From NCBI GenBank assembly GCA_029260965.1, contig JAJDCG010000001.1, positions 184,012-248,011 of the forward strand: a stretch of 64,000 nucleotides of DNA. The letters are read 5' to 3'. Positions 28,812 through 38,572 of the stretch are shown here, piece after piece. Source of the stretch: Candidatus Levyibacteriota bacterium. Lineage in GTDB: Bacteria > Patescibacteriota > Microgenomatia > Levybacterales > UBA12049. The stretch's first letter is position 1, and every line of letters begins with the position of its first letter. Both the position numbers and the translations under genes were made by a program. The notes under the pieces are model-generated. The model was not told the origin of the DNA and searched no databases. It saw only the letters and a list, made by a program, of their open reading frames with translations.

Positions 28812-30095
28812 TATTTATATATGGCAGATTCAACACAGCAAGATTTAATTGGTCTTGAAAAAAAACTCCTTGAGAGACAGGATAAGCTTGACGTGCTCCG
28901 TGAGAAGCTAGATCATGAAAAAGAGGATCTAGATAAAAAAAGACAGGAATATCTCAGGAAAATAGAAAAACTTGCCAGCATGACTGCTGAGGAAGCAAAC
29001 AGTGAAGTTCTCAAAGAAACAGAGAAAGACGCCAGCGCGCAAATGGCGAAGATTATCAAGGAAAAAGAAGAAGAAGCACGGATAACTGCTGACAAGAAAG
29101 CTCAGGAGATAGTTCTTGACAGTATCAAACACGGTGCGTTGAATATGATTCCAGAATATACAGTATCTGTTGTGAAGGTAGCAGAAGAGGATCTAAAAGG
29201 ACGAATTATAGGAAAAGAAGGTAGAAATATCAGGGCTTTTGAACAGGCCACGGGTGTAGATGTAGATCTGGATGAAGAAGGTATAATTAGACTGTCGTCT
29301 TTTGATCAGGTGAGACGTGAGGTTGCCAGGCGAGCGCTTGAGGTGCTGCTCAAAGATACCAGGATTCAGCCATTTCGTATAGAAGAAGTAGTTGAACAAA
29401 CTCGCAAAGAACTTGAGAAAATAATGTTTCAAGAAGGAGAAAGGGTAGCACAAGAGGTGCAGGTTTTTAATCTACCATCAGATCTCTATCCGATTTTGGG
29501 ACGGATGAAATTCAGGACTTCATATGGACAAAATTTGTTGGTTCACTCGCTTGAGATAACAAAAATAGCTGTTCATATGGCTCAGGAGATTGGAGCGAAT
29601 GTTGATATTGTTAGGCTTGGAGCGCTATTTCATGATATTGGAAAAGTATTGGAGGGTGAGGGCTCACATGTAACTCTTGGTGTTGAACTTTTGAAGAAAT
29701 ATAATTTTCCAGAACCTGTTATAAATGCTGTGGCTGAGCACCATGAAGACAAGCCTTTTTCATCAGTTGAGTCAATAATAGTTCATGTTGCCGATGCAAT
29801 ATCCGCTGCAAGACCTGGCGCTAGATATGAAGATTTACAAAAATATGGTCAGCGATTGTCTGAGATGGAAAAGATTGCCAAAAATTACGAAGGAGTAGAG
29901 GATGCGTATGCATTTGAGGCAGGACGTGAGCTGAGAGTTATTATAAATCCAGGAAGACTTAGTGATGATGAGACAGTCATTCTTTCAAGAAAAATTCAGG
30001 AAGAGGTAAGCCGCTCTCAAGCTGTTCCAGGCGTTGTAAAAGTAACTGCAATTCGTGAATTCCGTTCTATTTATCCAGAAACCCCGACTTCATAA
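28812..30095 (+). CDS. rny: Ribonuclease Y (KH + HD domains)
   Basis: KH motif (IIGKEGRNIRAFEQATGV) and HD domain (HSLEITKIAVHMA...LFHDIGK). No N-terminal TM helix is evident. Start taken at MADSTQQ; the track's 28785 is also possible. Confidence 0.9.
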   Translation, partial: YLYMADSTQQDLIGLEKKLLERQDKLDVLREKLDHEKEDLDKKRQEYLRKIEKLASMTAEEANSEVLKETEKDASAQMAKIIKEKEEEARITADKKAQEIVLDSIKHGALNMIPEYTVSVVKVAEEDLKGRIIGKEGRNIRAFEQATGVDVDLDEEGIIRLSSFDQVRREVARRALEVLLKDTRIQPFRIEEVVEQTRKELEKIMFQEGERVAQEVQVFNLPSDLYPILGRMKFRTSYGQNLLVHSLEITKIAVHMAQEIGANVDIVRLGALFHDIGKVLEGEGSHVTLGVELLKKYNFPEPVINAVAEHHEDKPFSSVESIIVHVADAISAARPGARYEDLQKYGQRLSEMEKIAKNYEGVEDAYAFEAGRELRVIINPGRLSDDETVILSRKIQEEVSRSQAVPGVVKVTAIREFRSIYPETPTS

Positions 30096-30104
30096 GCTAA
30101 ACCC

Positions 30105-30133
30105 TTGACAAGATTTCTTTTTACTTGTATTGT
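30105..30133 (+). promoter_or_regulatory. Candidate sigma70-type promoter for the HU gene (TTGACA, 17 nt spacer, TATTGT)
   Basis: Read directly. Followed by an agggggtga RBS and the ATG at 30166. Confidence 0.4.
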
Positions 30134-30165
30134 AGATCTAATCGTACAAAGGGGGTGATTTATTT

Positions 30166-30438
30166 ATGACAAAGAAAGATCTAATTGAAGTGGTTGCAAA
30201 AAAAGCAAACCTTACTAACAAGGCGTCTAGGGATGCAGTCCAGACAACACTCAATACAATCCGTGATTCTCTAAAAAGAGGAGAGAAAGTTGTATTAACT
30301 GGTTTTGGTACATTTAGTATCAGGTCTCGTCAGCAAAGAGTTGGACGAAATCCAAAGACAGGTGAGAAAATAACACTTTCTGCTCGCAAAGCACCAGGAT
30401 TTACAGCGGGAAAAACACTTAAAAAAGCTGTAAGGTAA
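30166..30438 (+). CDS. hup: DNA-binding protein HU
   Basis: 90 aa. HU/IHF fold: GFGTFSIRSRQQRVGRNPKTGEKITLSARKAPGF. Confidence 0.95.
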   Translation: MTKKDLIEVVAKKANLTNKASRDAVQTTLNTIRDSLKRGEKVVLTGFGTFSIRSRQQRVGRNPKTGEKITLSARKAPGFTAGKTLKKAVR

Positions 30439-30508
30439 TTCAAATTAGTTTTGTCAATAAAAAGAAGTTCTCTGGTCTCAGGGGACTTCTTTTGTGTATA
30501 ATAGTTCC

Positions 30509-31486
30509 ATGATTATAAAAGTTGATCATTTGACAAAGTATTATAAAATTCATCAAAAAGAACCAGGATTTATGGGCTCACTTAGATCGCTTGTAAATAG
30601 AAAATATTATGATGCAAGGGCTGTCGAGGATGTTTCTTTTACGATTGATGAAGGAGAGCTTGTCGGTTTTATCGGGCCAAATGGTGCAGGAAAGACCACT
30701 ACCTTGAAATGTCTCTCAGGTCTTTTATATCCTACATCTGGAAATGTTGAAGTGCTTGGATTTAATCCTTTTGAACGGAAGCATGATTTTCTAAAAAAGA
30801 TTTCGCTTGTCATGGGACAAAAAAACCAGCTCTGGTGGGACTTGCCTGCGATGGATTCATTTCTTCTCAATAAAGAAATTTATGAAGTTTCAGACAGCTC
30901 TTACAAAAAAACAATAGGTGAGCTGATAGATCTTCTTGATGTAAAAGATATAGTTAATGTACAGGTAAGAAAACTCTCTCTAGGCCAAAGGATGAAATGT
31001 GAGCTGATAGCAGCCCTAATCCATGAACCAAAAGTGCTTTTCTTGGATGAGCCGACAATAGGGCTTGATGTGGTGATGCAGCAAAATCTCAGGGACTTCG
31101 TCAAAGAATATAATAAGAAGTTTGATGCCACAATTATTTTGACCAGCCATTACATGCGAGATGTGGAGCAGCTTTGTAAAAGGATAATTATGATAGATCA
31201 TGGAAAAGTTCTTTATGATGGAAATCTTTCAGAAATTGTGAAGAAGTATGCAACCCACAAAGAGCTTCGGATTGTTTTTCAGAAACCAATTGAAAAGAGG
31301 GAGCTTGCAAGACTTGGTAAAATCACTGAAATGAATGGTACAAGAGTTGTTATTTCAGTTGAGCGTACAAAGTCAAATCATGTAGCAGCAGAAATTTTAA
31401 AGAAATATGATATAGAGGATTTTAATATAGAGGAAGCAGGCATTGAAGAAATAATCCGTGATGTTTTCTCAAACAAGAATAAATAA
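30509..31486 (+). CDS. ABC transporter ATP-binding protein (COG4586-like, uncharacterised ABC-2-type system)
   Basis: Walker A GPNGAGKTT, LSLGQR signature, Walker B LFLDEP, H-loop. N-terminal GFMGSLRSLVNRKY and QLWWDLP motifs are typical of this ATPase family. Start could be 30494. Confidence 0.9.
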   Translation: MIIKVDHLTKYYKIHQKEPGFMGSLRSLVNRKYYDARAVEDVSFTIDEGELVGFIGPNGAGKTTTLKCLSGLLYPTSGNVEVLGFNPFERKHDFLKKISLVMGQKNQLWWDLPAMDSFLLNKEIYEVSDSSYKKTIGELIDLLDVKDIVNVQVRKLSLGQRMKCELIAALIHEPKVLFLDEPTIGLDVVMQQNLRDFVKEYNKKFDATIILTSHYMRDVEQLCKRIIMIDHGKVLYDGNLSEIVKKYATHKELRIVFQKPIEKRELARLGKITEMNGTRVVISVERTKSNHVAAEILKKYDIEDFNIEEAGIEEIIRDVFSNKNK

Positions 31487-31493
31487 TCTTATG

Positions 31494-32288
31494 CGACTTT
31501 TACGGATTTTTTTACTCCACTTTCAATATCTCCTATCACACCCGAGCAGATCATTTGTATTTATTTATACATACACTTTTTTATCACTTCTTTATCTGGC
31601 ATTTATAAGAGGAGTTTTTCTTCAAAATGGAGGAGATCTTGGAGGTTGGACATTGTCATCTGTTTCATCATATTATTTTTTGATTATAGTTGCACCAGCA
31701 CTTCTCATGACACATCCTGAGCACCCGGTTCTCAGGGATGATATTGAAAATGGTGAGTTATCGGGAAGACTTTTGAAACCTTTTTCTTATTATTGGCAAA
31801 GATTTTTTCATGAATTACCATATAGATTATTTCAGGGTCTCATTGCAACAATCATATTTATAGTACTTTCTGTTTTATTTAATAATTATATTGAATTTAG
31901 ATTATCCGTGTTACAAGTGATGCTAATTGTAATTATGCTACCACTTGCCTATATGCTAAGTTTTACTTTTAAAATGATACTTGCTATCACGGGACTTTGG
32001 ACAACAGACATAAGAGGAGCCCGTGAGCTAGTTGAGATATTAATCATTATCTTTGCAGGATTTATTGTGCCGGTTAACCTACTTCCTGGAATTCTTGAAA
32101 ATCTTGCCTACTTTTTACCATTTGCATATATGATTTATTTTCCTGTTGTTGCGGTCCAGGGACAATTATCTGTAAACGCTCTCATGTCTGTAATTAGTGT
32201 TCAGATTTTGTGGTTATCTATTTTGTATTTACTCTTTAGAAAAGTATGGAAAAAAGGATTGATGAGATTTACAGATCTTGGACACTAA
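31494..32288 (+). CDS. ABC-2-type permease paralogue 1 (6 TM)
   Basis: Polytopic membrane protein directly after the ATPase. Conserved C-terminal motif KVWKKGLMRFTDLGH. Start ambiguous (31458 or 31494). Confidence 0.75.
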   Translation, partial: RLLRIFLLHFQYLLSHPSRSFVFIYTYTFLSLLYLAFIRGVFLQNGGDLGGWTLSSVSSYYFLIIVAPALLMTHPEHPVLRDDIENGELSGRLLKPFSYYWQRFFHELPYRLFQGLIATIIFIVLSVLFNNYIEFRLSVLQVMLIVIMLPLAYMLSFTFKMILAITGLWTTDIRGARELVEILIIIFAGFIVPVNLLPGILENLAYFLPFAYMIYFPVVAVQGQLSVNALMSVISVQILWLSILYLLFRKVWKKGLMRFTDLGH

Positions 32289-33081
32289 TATGAAAAGATA
32301 CGTAAAAATTTATATTTTATTTATTAGGCTTAATTATCGTAGAGCATCTCTTCATATGGGAAATTTTATGACAGGACTTTTCGGAAACGTAGCTTGGGGA
32401 ATATTTTCGATTTTAGCAATTTATATTTTGAGTGCCAGGAGCACCTCAATTTTCGGATGGAGTAGAGAGGAGCTATTTGTCTTGGCAGGAACTTATAATA
32501 TATTGGTGGGGGGTTCTTTTAGGATGCTTTTTGCCCGGAATTTTGAAAATATGATAAATCTTATCAGGCTTGGAGGACTGGATGGAGTTCTGTTAAAACC
32601 TCTTAATTCGCAGTTTGGTGTTAGCACTGGACACTTGAGTATTTATTCTATGGCAAGAATTGTATTGTCTGTTATTTATGTATTTATAGTCATGAGCATA
32701 GCAGGAATTGAAATTGGAATAATAAATATTGTAAGTTTTTTAATTTTTGGATTTTTTGGTTTAATTGCACTTTATGCGTTTTGGTTTATTATTATGTCGT
32801 TTATTATCTGGTTTCCCGATTTATATAATATTGACGAAATACCATACTCAACGGATAACTTAGCAAGATATCCTCCGCAAATACTTTGGGCTATGAAGAT
32901 GTTTATTTTTCTATTCGCTTTTCCTGTATCACTTGTTGTTTCAACTCCAACAAAAGCGCTTATAGATAAGCTAACATTGTTTGATGCGGGCTTGTTGATT
33001 GCAGTTGCGCTAGGACTTCTTTTTGTATCAAGTAAATTCTGGAAATTTTCTCTAAGAAATTATACAAGCGCGAGCAGTTGA
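32278..33081 (+). CDS. ABC-2-type permease paralogue 2 (6 TM)
   Basis: Membrane protein. C-terminal motif KFWKFSLRNYTSASS, shared with paralogue 4. Confidence 0.75.
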   Translation: MDTNMKRYVKIYILFIRLNYRRASLHMGNFMTGLFGNVAWGIFSILAIYILSARSTSIFGWSREELFVLAGTYNILVGGSFRMLFARNFENMINLIRLGGLDGVLLKPLNSQFGVSTGHLSIYSMARIVLSVIYVFIVMSIAGIEIGIINIVSFLIFGFFGLIALYAFWFIIMSFIIWFPDLYNIDEIPYSTDNLARYPPQILWAMKMFIFLFAFPVSLVVSTPTKALIDKLTLFDAGLLIAVALGLLFVSSKFWKFSLRNYTSASS

Positions 33082-33884
33082 GAATTATGAATAAATATTT
33101 TTTGGTTGGGAAAAATTTGGTCAGTGAGATATTTACATATCGGCTTAATTTTGTCATGTGGAGGGTAAGAATGATACTTTCTCTTCTGACAATTTATTTT
33201 CTTTGGAGCGCACTCATTCCTGAAGGCAGAGAGCTTTTTGGCTATACGAATTCATCAATTTTAACATATATTATCTTGGTTCATCTAACTTACTCATTTG
33301 TTGTTGCTAGTAGGAGTTATGCAGTAGGAGAAGATATTATCCAGGGAAATTTATCTAATTTTTTACTTAAACCTTTCAATTATTTTACATATTTATTTTC
33401 AAAAGATGTTGGTGACAAATTTATGAATATAAGTCTAACAGTTATTGAACTTTCAATTCTTTTTGTTATCCTAAAACCTCCGATATTTATTCAAACAGAT
33501 TTATTATTGTTACTTTTAACAGCACTTAGCATTTTGAGCGGTATAGGAATAATGTTTTTTATCTATGTACTTTTAGGATCAATAGGGTTCTGGAGTCAAG
33601 AAGTCTGGGCTCCTAGGTTTATTTTTTTTACAATCATATTAAATTTTTTTACTGGTTTTCTTTTTCCATTAGATATCCTGCCAAAGCCTATTTTTGATTT
33701 TATTCAATTTCTTCCCTTTTCGTATCTTCTATATTTTCCAGTTAAAATTTATCTGGGGCAAATGGCAATAGATCAGATATTAATGGGAACTAGCATTTCC
33801 CTTTTTTGGGTTGTTGTGTTTCATTTGTTGCTAAAAAAAGTATGGACTAAAGGTCTTCAAATTTATGGGGCATACGGTAGATAG
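33078..33884 (+). CDS. ABC-2-type permease paralogue 3 (6 TM)
   Basis: Membrane protein. C-terminal motif KVWTKGLQIYGAYGR, resembling paralogue 1. Confidence 0.75.
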   Translation: MRIMNKYFLVGKNLVSEIFTYRLNFVMWRVRMILSLLTIYFLWSALIPEGRELFGYTNSSILTYIILVHLTYSFVVASRSYAVGEDIIQGNLSNFLLKPFNYFTYLFSKDVGDKFMNISLTVIELSILFVILKPPIFIQTDLLLLLLTALSILSGIGIMFFIYVLLGSIGFWSQEVWAPRFIFFTIILNFFTGFLFPLDILPKPIFDFIQFLPFSYLLYFPVKIYLGQMAIDQILMGTSISLFWVVVFHLLLKKVWTKGLQIYGAYGR

Positions 33885-33886
33885 TT

Positions 33887-34672
33887 ATGATTAATAAATA
33901 TTTTAAAGTGTGGTGGATTTTGACAACCAAAGCAGCGCAAATTGCACTTGAATCAAGATTTGGATCAACAATGTTCATACTGGGAAAAATTCTTAGGTTT
34001 GCTTTTCTCCTCATTTTTATTGTGATAGTTGCTACAGGAGCAGAGACTATAGCAGGATACGACACTTGGCAAGTAATACTTTTTTTTGCAACATTTAACT
34101 TGATTGATAGTGTACCTCAGTTTTTCTTTCGAGAGGTTTATAGATTTAGGCTATATGTAGTTTCAGGGGATTTTGATTATTTTCTGGTGAAACCCTTATC
34201 GCCACTTTTCAGATCACTTTTTGGCGGCGCTGACATACTTGATAGTTTTACAATAATAATTGCAGTAGTGCTATTGATAGTAGCAACTAGCAATATCAAT
34301 GGTGTGACAGTTGTTGGGATAAGTATTTATATAATACTTATTATAAACGCGTTTTTGATTACTACAGCGCTTCATATCTTTGTTTTGGCACTTGGGGTTA
34401 TCACAACAGAGATCGATAGCGCGCTTTGGATTTATAAGGATCTGACAGCGATGGGTAGATTTCCGATTGATATTTATAAAGAGCCCTTGAGAGGATTTAT
34501 AACTTTTGTGGTACCGATTGGGATTATGATCAGTTTTCCTCCAATGGCACTTTTGGGATTTTTGTCAGCTCAAATAATATTGTTTGCTATGGCAGTAGGA
34601 ATAAGCATTTTCCTTTTGAGTTTGAAGGTGTGGAAATTTGCGTTAAGAAAATATTCAAGCGCCAGTAGTTGA
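33887..34672 (+). CDS. ABC-2-type permease paralogue 4 (6 TM)
   Basis: Membrane protein. C-terminal motif KVWKFALRKYSSASS, resembling paralogue 2. Confidence 0.75.
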   Translation: MINKYFKVWWILTTKAAQIALESRFGSTMFILGKILRFAFLLIFIVIVATGAETIAGYDTWQVILFFATFNLIDSVPQFFFREVYRFRLYVVSGDFDYFLVKPLSPLFRSLFGGADILDSFTIIIAVVLLIVATSNINGVTVVGISIYIILIINAFLITTALHIFVLALGVITTEIDSALWIYKDLTAMGRFPIDIYKEPLRGFITFVVPIGIMISFPPMALLGFLSAQIILFAMAVGISIFLLSLKVWKFALRKYSSASS

Positions 34673-34705
34673 GTTGAAGTTTTTGTAAAAATAATATAAA
34701 ATATA

Positions 34706-35083
34706 GGCTCCTAGGAGGAAGGACCGCTATTTCGATTTTATATCGGAAAGGAAAGTCCAGACAGCAGTAAGAAGGGGACGGAGTTTACGCTCCGACTAGT
34801 AATAGCTGGTGTCTTAATGCTTCACTCACATAGGCATTAAGAACAGATTTTGAATTGACAAAATTTGAGAGTAGCAGAAACGAGTGAGTTTGAAACGGAC
34901 AATCCCACCTGCTGCAACCTCCGATTGGCACGCTTGAGGATTCTTACCCGAGTGCCGAAGTTTGAGGGCATCCGCCAACCAGCGGACAGAAGATGACATA
35001 AATATCATCACTGAGATAAATTGCGGTTAACCCTGTGCTTAACGGGGTAAAACAGAATCTGGCTTACTCTCCTCCTAGGAAAT
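34706..35083 (+). ncRNA. rnpB: RNase P RNA, bacterial type A
   Basis: GGAAAGUCCagaC near the 5' end and ACAGAAUCuGGCUUA near the 3' end. CCAG/CUGG covariation maintains P4. P1 is formed by cctaggagga (34710-34719) pairing with tcctcctagg (35070-35079). It fills an otherwise empty 410-nt gap. Confidence 0.8.
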
Positions 35084-38011
35084 TTAAGAAACTGTATTGC
35101 AAAGCATTTTGTATTCGCAGTTTTTGCAGAATCTTCCACCATTACATTTAAATTCACTAATTTTTATCTCATCTACAAGTGACAATATCTTTTTTTTCGT
35201 TTCATTTAATTCTTCTGACGAACGGGTAGTGGATAGTTTTTGACCTGTCTCTAGATAATAAAGAGTGAGTTTTACGTCATCGGGATTTTTATGCAAAATA
35301 GGGTCGTTAATCTCTGTTGCAGCTAGTGCATAGAAAGAAAGCTGAAAATCGTTTTTAAGTTTTTTCTCATCTGGTATATTTGGTCCAGTTTTGTAATCAA
35401 TAATTTCAATTTTTTTGTCAGAGAGTTTGTCGATGCGATCAATTTTGCCTCCAATCTTAATTTCTTTATTAAGCCAAAAATTGAATGGTAATTCAATAGC
35501 TAGTGTGTCAGGATTGCTTTTTTTGTAGTCTGTGTAAAAATTATCAAGCATTTTTTGTGCTTGTTCAAATGTTTGTTTTTCGTGAATTTTACCCGTGTAT
35601 CCTTCTTTTATCCAATTCTTCTCCAAAAGATTTTTTATAACGGAAGTACTTATTTTTTCACCCTTCTTATCAAGCAGAACTAGATCACGAAGTGCGCTGT
35701 GGACACTAATTCCATAGCTGAGCGCTGCAATTGGCGGAGAAGGAAAATTAAGAATATATCTTAGTTTATAGTGAAGAGGACACATCTGAAAGGTATGAAG
35801 TTGAGAGTAGGATATATATGAAATTTGGTTCTTTGTTCCTTGATCTTTGTTTTGTGATTTGTTGGTGTCTATAATTTGGGATTGAGCGTTGGCAAGATCA
35901 AGTAATGTTAGCTGTTCCCCTATTGGTTGTTCGTCATGTTTATTGATAATATTTAGAATTTCTTCGCCAAGAGCTTCTACAACAAAGGGAGAAATTTTAC
36001 GTGGTCTTTTTGCTTCGCCGTAAAATTTGCTAGCTGTTAAAAAAAGTTTGTCTTTAGCACGGGTTGAAGCAACATAAAAAAGTCTTCGCTCCTCTTGTAT
36101 GTTTTCATCACCAGTGGGTAAGAGTTCTCGGATGAGATCCTCAGGCACGGGGATTGGCTCTCTTCTGTCGCGTCCTGGGAAACGTTGGGTTACGAGATTT
36201 ACCACAAAAACAACAGGAAACTCAAGACCTTTACTTGAATGAACTGTAAGTATATTAACTGCATTGTTTTGTGACCAATCAATGTCAGCAGCAAGCGGGC
36301 TTTCGCCAAGCTGCATTGAGAGATCTATCCAGTCAACTATTGCAAAAACTGATGCATCTTCTCTGTTTGTTGCGAAATTTTGGAGTTTTTCAAAAAATTT
36401 GGCAATGTTTTGTGCTTCCTTTTCTGTTCTTGGGGTTTTAGGATCCAGGTAGTGTCCCAAGAGTCCAGAATCATCGAAAAAGTAATAGAGTATTTGCCCT
36501 GCTGTTTCTAGAGGAACTTTTTCAAGATGACGCTTTATCATTTTTATTAATCGATTTATTTTTTCTTTACCTTCAGTTGTTAGATTGGAAGCATCAATAT
36601 TTTCCATAGCTTCAAAAAGTGACTGATTATTTTTTTTTGCATGATTCATGGTAGCTGCTACATCACGTGCAGCAATTCCGAAAATAGGAAGCGTCATGAC
36701 GCGGTAGAGTGATGACGTATCTTCAAAATTTGATAAAACATTTAGGTATGCAATAAGATCTTTTATTTCATTCTGCTGGAAAAGTCTTCCAGGACCGAGG
36801 AATTGATAAGGAATTTTTTTTCTTTCCATTGCTTTTTGAAAGGGTAGTGCATGATCATTAGCACGAACCAATATGGCGAAGTCATTATAGTTTAGTGCTG
36901 GTTTTTTTTTCTTTTCCTCTATTATTCTTAAGGCAACTTCCTCTGCTTCATCCTCAACCTTATTGGTATAAACTAGCTCTATTTCTTCACCTTTGGTTTC
37001 CCTCATTGAGGTTAGTTTCTTGTCTATTTTTTCTTTCACCTCAAGTCTATCTGGATTGTTGTTTTGAATTAATTGATATGCTCCGTCTAAAATTTTTTGT
37101 GTTGAGCGATAGTTTTTGGTAAGAGAGATTATTTTACTTTTGGGAAAGTGTTTTTTGAATTGAATCATATTTGAAATAGCAGCACCTCTCCATCTGTAAA
37201 TGCTTTGATCGTCATCGCCTACAACTGTTATATTTTTGTCCTGTCCTGCCAAAAGAATTGCCAATTCGTTTTGGGCGTAATTTGTGTCTTGGAATTCATC
37301 TACCAAAATATATTTGAACATTTTTTGATAATCCTTGAGTATATTTTCTCGAGTTCTAAAAAGCTTGAGGGTGTTACTTATGAGGTCAGAAAAGTCCATC
37401 ATTCCTGATTCTGCTTTTAGTTCTTCATATGTTTTATAGGCAGTTGCCAGTTCAAGTGTCTTTTTAATTTCATCTTTATTAATTTCAGGTGTTTGGGTTG
37501 AGTGGATGAGCTTTTTAGCGTAATTAAGATATTCTTGGGGAGTGATGTCATCATCTCGGAGGCGAGAGAAGTGGGTAATCATCGCACTTAAAAATTTCAT
37601 GGGATTTCCAAGAGGCCGAAAGTATGAAAGTTCAAACTTGAATAAGTTTTTTTTAAGAAAGAGTAATGTATCAGCCTCAGTCATGAGTGAAAATGAGGGA
37701 TTAAGTCCTATATGGATTGCTTCATGGCGAAGAACACGATCGCAAAATGCATGGAAGGTTTCAATCCACATTTGGGTATAGCCATAGGGAAGAGCAAGAT
37801 CGACTCGTTCCTCCATTTCGTTGGCTGCTTTTTCTGTGAAAGTAAGAGCCAGTATTTCAGATGGCAATATATCCTTTTTTTGAATCAGATATTTTATCCG
37901 TTCAGTCACAACGGTAGTTTTCCCGGTGCCAGCACCAGCTATGATTAAAAGTGGACCACTACCATGATTTACAGCCGAGAGCTGCTCGCTGTTCAGTCTT
38001 GTCTCACTCAT
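35084..38011 (-). CDS. UvrD/PcrA-family ATP-dependent DNA helicase fused to a C-terminal Cas4/AddB-type PD-(D/E)xK nuclease with 4-Cys (Fe-S) motif
   Basis: 975 aa. N-terminal AGAGTGKTT Walker A and UvrD motifs. C-terminal Cys ...C-x2-C-x5-C (CKNCEYKMLC) plus upstream QMCPLHY, and IDYKTG nuclease motif III. Confidence 0.85.
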   Translation of the reverse strand: MSETRLNSEQLSAVNHGSGPLLIIAGAGTGKTTVVTERIKYLIQKKDILPSEILALTFTEKAANEMEERVDLALPYGYTQMWIETFHAFCDRVLRHEAIHIGLNPSFSLMTEADTLLFLKKNLFKFELSYFRPLGNPMKFLSAMITHFSRLRDDDITPQEYLNYAKKLIHSTQTPEINKDEIKKTLELATAYKTYEELKAESGMMDFSDLISNTLKLFRTRENILKDYQKMFKYILVDEFQDTNYAQNELAILLAGQDKNITVVGDDDQSIYRWRGAAISNMIQFKKHFPKSKIISLTKNYRSTQKILDGAYQLIQNNNPDRLEVKEKIDKKLTSMRETKGEEIELVYTNKVEDEAEEVALRIIEEKKKKPALNYNDFAILVRANDHALPFQKAMERKKIPYQFLGPGRLFQQNEIKDLIAYLNVLSNFEDTSSLYRVMTLPIFGIAARDVAATMNHAKKNNQSLFEAMENIDASNLTTEGKEKINRLIKMIKRHLEKVPLETAGQILYYFFDDSGLLGHYLDPKTPRTEKEAQNIAKFFEKLQNFATNREDASVFAIVDWIDLSMQLGESPLAADIDWSQNNAVNILTVHSSKGLEFPVVFVVNLVTQRFPGRDRREPIPVPEDLIRELLPTGDENIQEERRLFYVASTRAKDKLFLTASKFYGEAKRPRKISPFVVEALGEEILNIINKHDEQPIGEQLTLLDLANAQSQIIDTNKSQNKDQGTKNQISYISYSQLHTFQMCPLHYKLRYILNFPSPPIAALSYGISVHSALRDLVLLDKKGEKISTSVIKNLLEKNWIKEGYTGKIHEKQTFEQAQKMLDNFYTDYKKSNPDTLAIELPFNFWLNKEIKIGGKIDRIDKLSDKKIEIIDYKTGPNIPDEKKLKNDFQLSFYALAATEINDPILHKNPDDVKLTLYYLETGQKLSTTRSSEELNETKKKILSLVDEIKISEFKCNGGRFCKNCEYKMLCNTVS

Positions 38012-38018
38012 TTAGTAG

Positions 38019-38480
38019 TCATTCTACCACAATGGTACCTAGGCGTTGTGGATTGAGATGATCGTGGTATCCATATGTTCCGGGTTGATCAATCACAACG
38101 CTTAATTCTTCACCATCTCCAAATCTTCCAAGGTTTAGAAGATCATTGTCGAGGTGGGTTGGATGATCGTCGGAATTGACAGTTGCAACATCACCGCTCT
38201 CGTTTAGCCATACGATTTTTGTACCTGCCTTAACTGTTAGGTTTGCTGGTTCAAAGCCCTCTTCGGTCAGAGTGACGGTTGTCTCTTCTTTTTCCATCAT
38301 GGCGTCATCTTCATGCTCTGTTACTTCATCGCTGTCTGATTTTTTTTCCATGGATTCTTCTGTATTTGTTCCACTATCTACGGGATTATTAGATTTTGAA
38401 GCATTCTGATTATTCACCAAAACAACACCAACAATTATTACTAAAACAACTACGAGTATTACTAGTATGTTTTTATTCAA
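38019..38480 (-). CDS. Membrane-anchored secreted protein with degenerate cupredoxin-like C-terminal domain
   Basis: N-terminal TM helix, acidic linker, then LTVKAGTKIVWLNES...YGYHDHLNPQ. This resembles the plastocyanin fold, but the Cys ligand position holds Tyr. Assignment tentative. Confidence 0.4.
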   Translation of the reverse strand: MNKNILVILVVVLVIIVGVVLVNNQNASKSNNPVDSGTNTEESMEKKSDSDEVTEHEDDAMMEKEETTVTLTEEGFEPANLTVKAGTKIVWLNESGDVATVNSDDHPTHLDNDLLNLGRFGDGEELSVVIDQPGTYGYHDHLNPQRLGTIVVE

Positions 38481-38572
38481 TTATATATCACCTCCTCTCA
38501 TGTTAGAGTATGTTACAATATCCAAACCCATTAGGGCAATAGATTATTGCATTTCTTACACATTTCTTAAAT

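Noticed and set aside
34826-35011. 61-aa minus-strand ORF
   Set aside because: It lies wholly inside the RNase P RNA gene.
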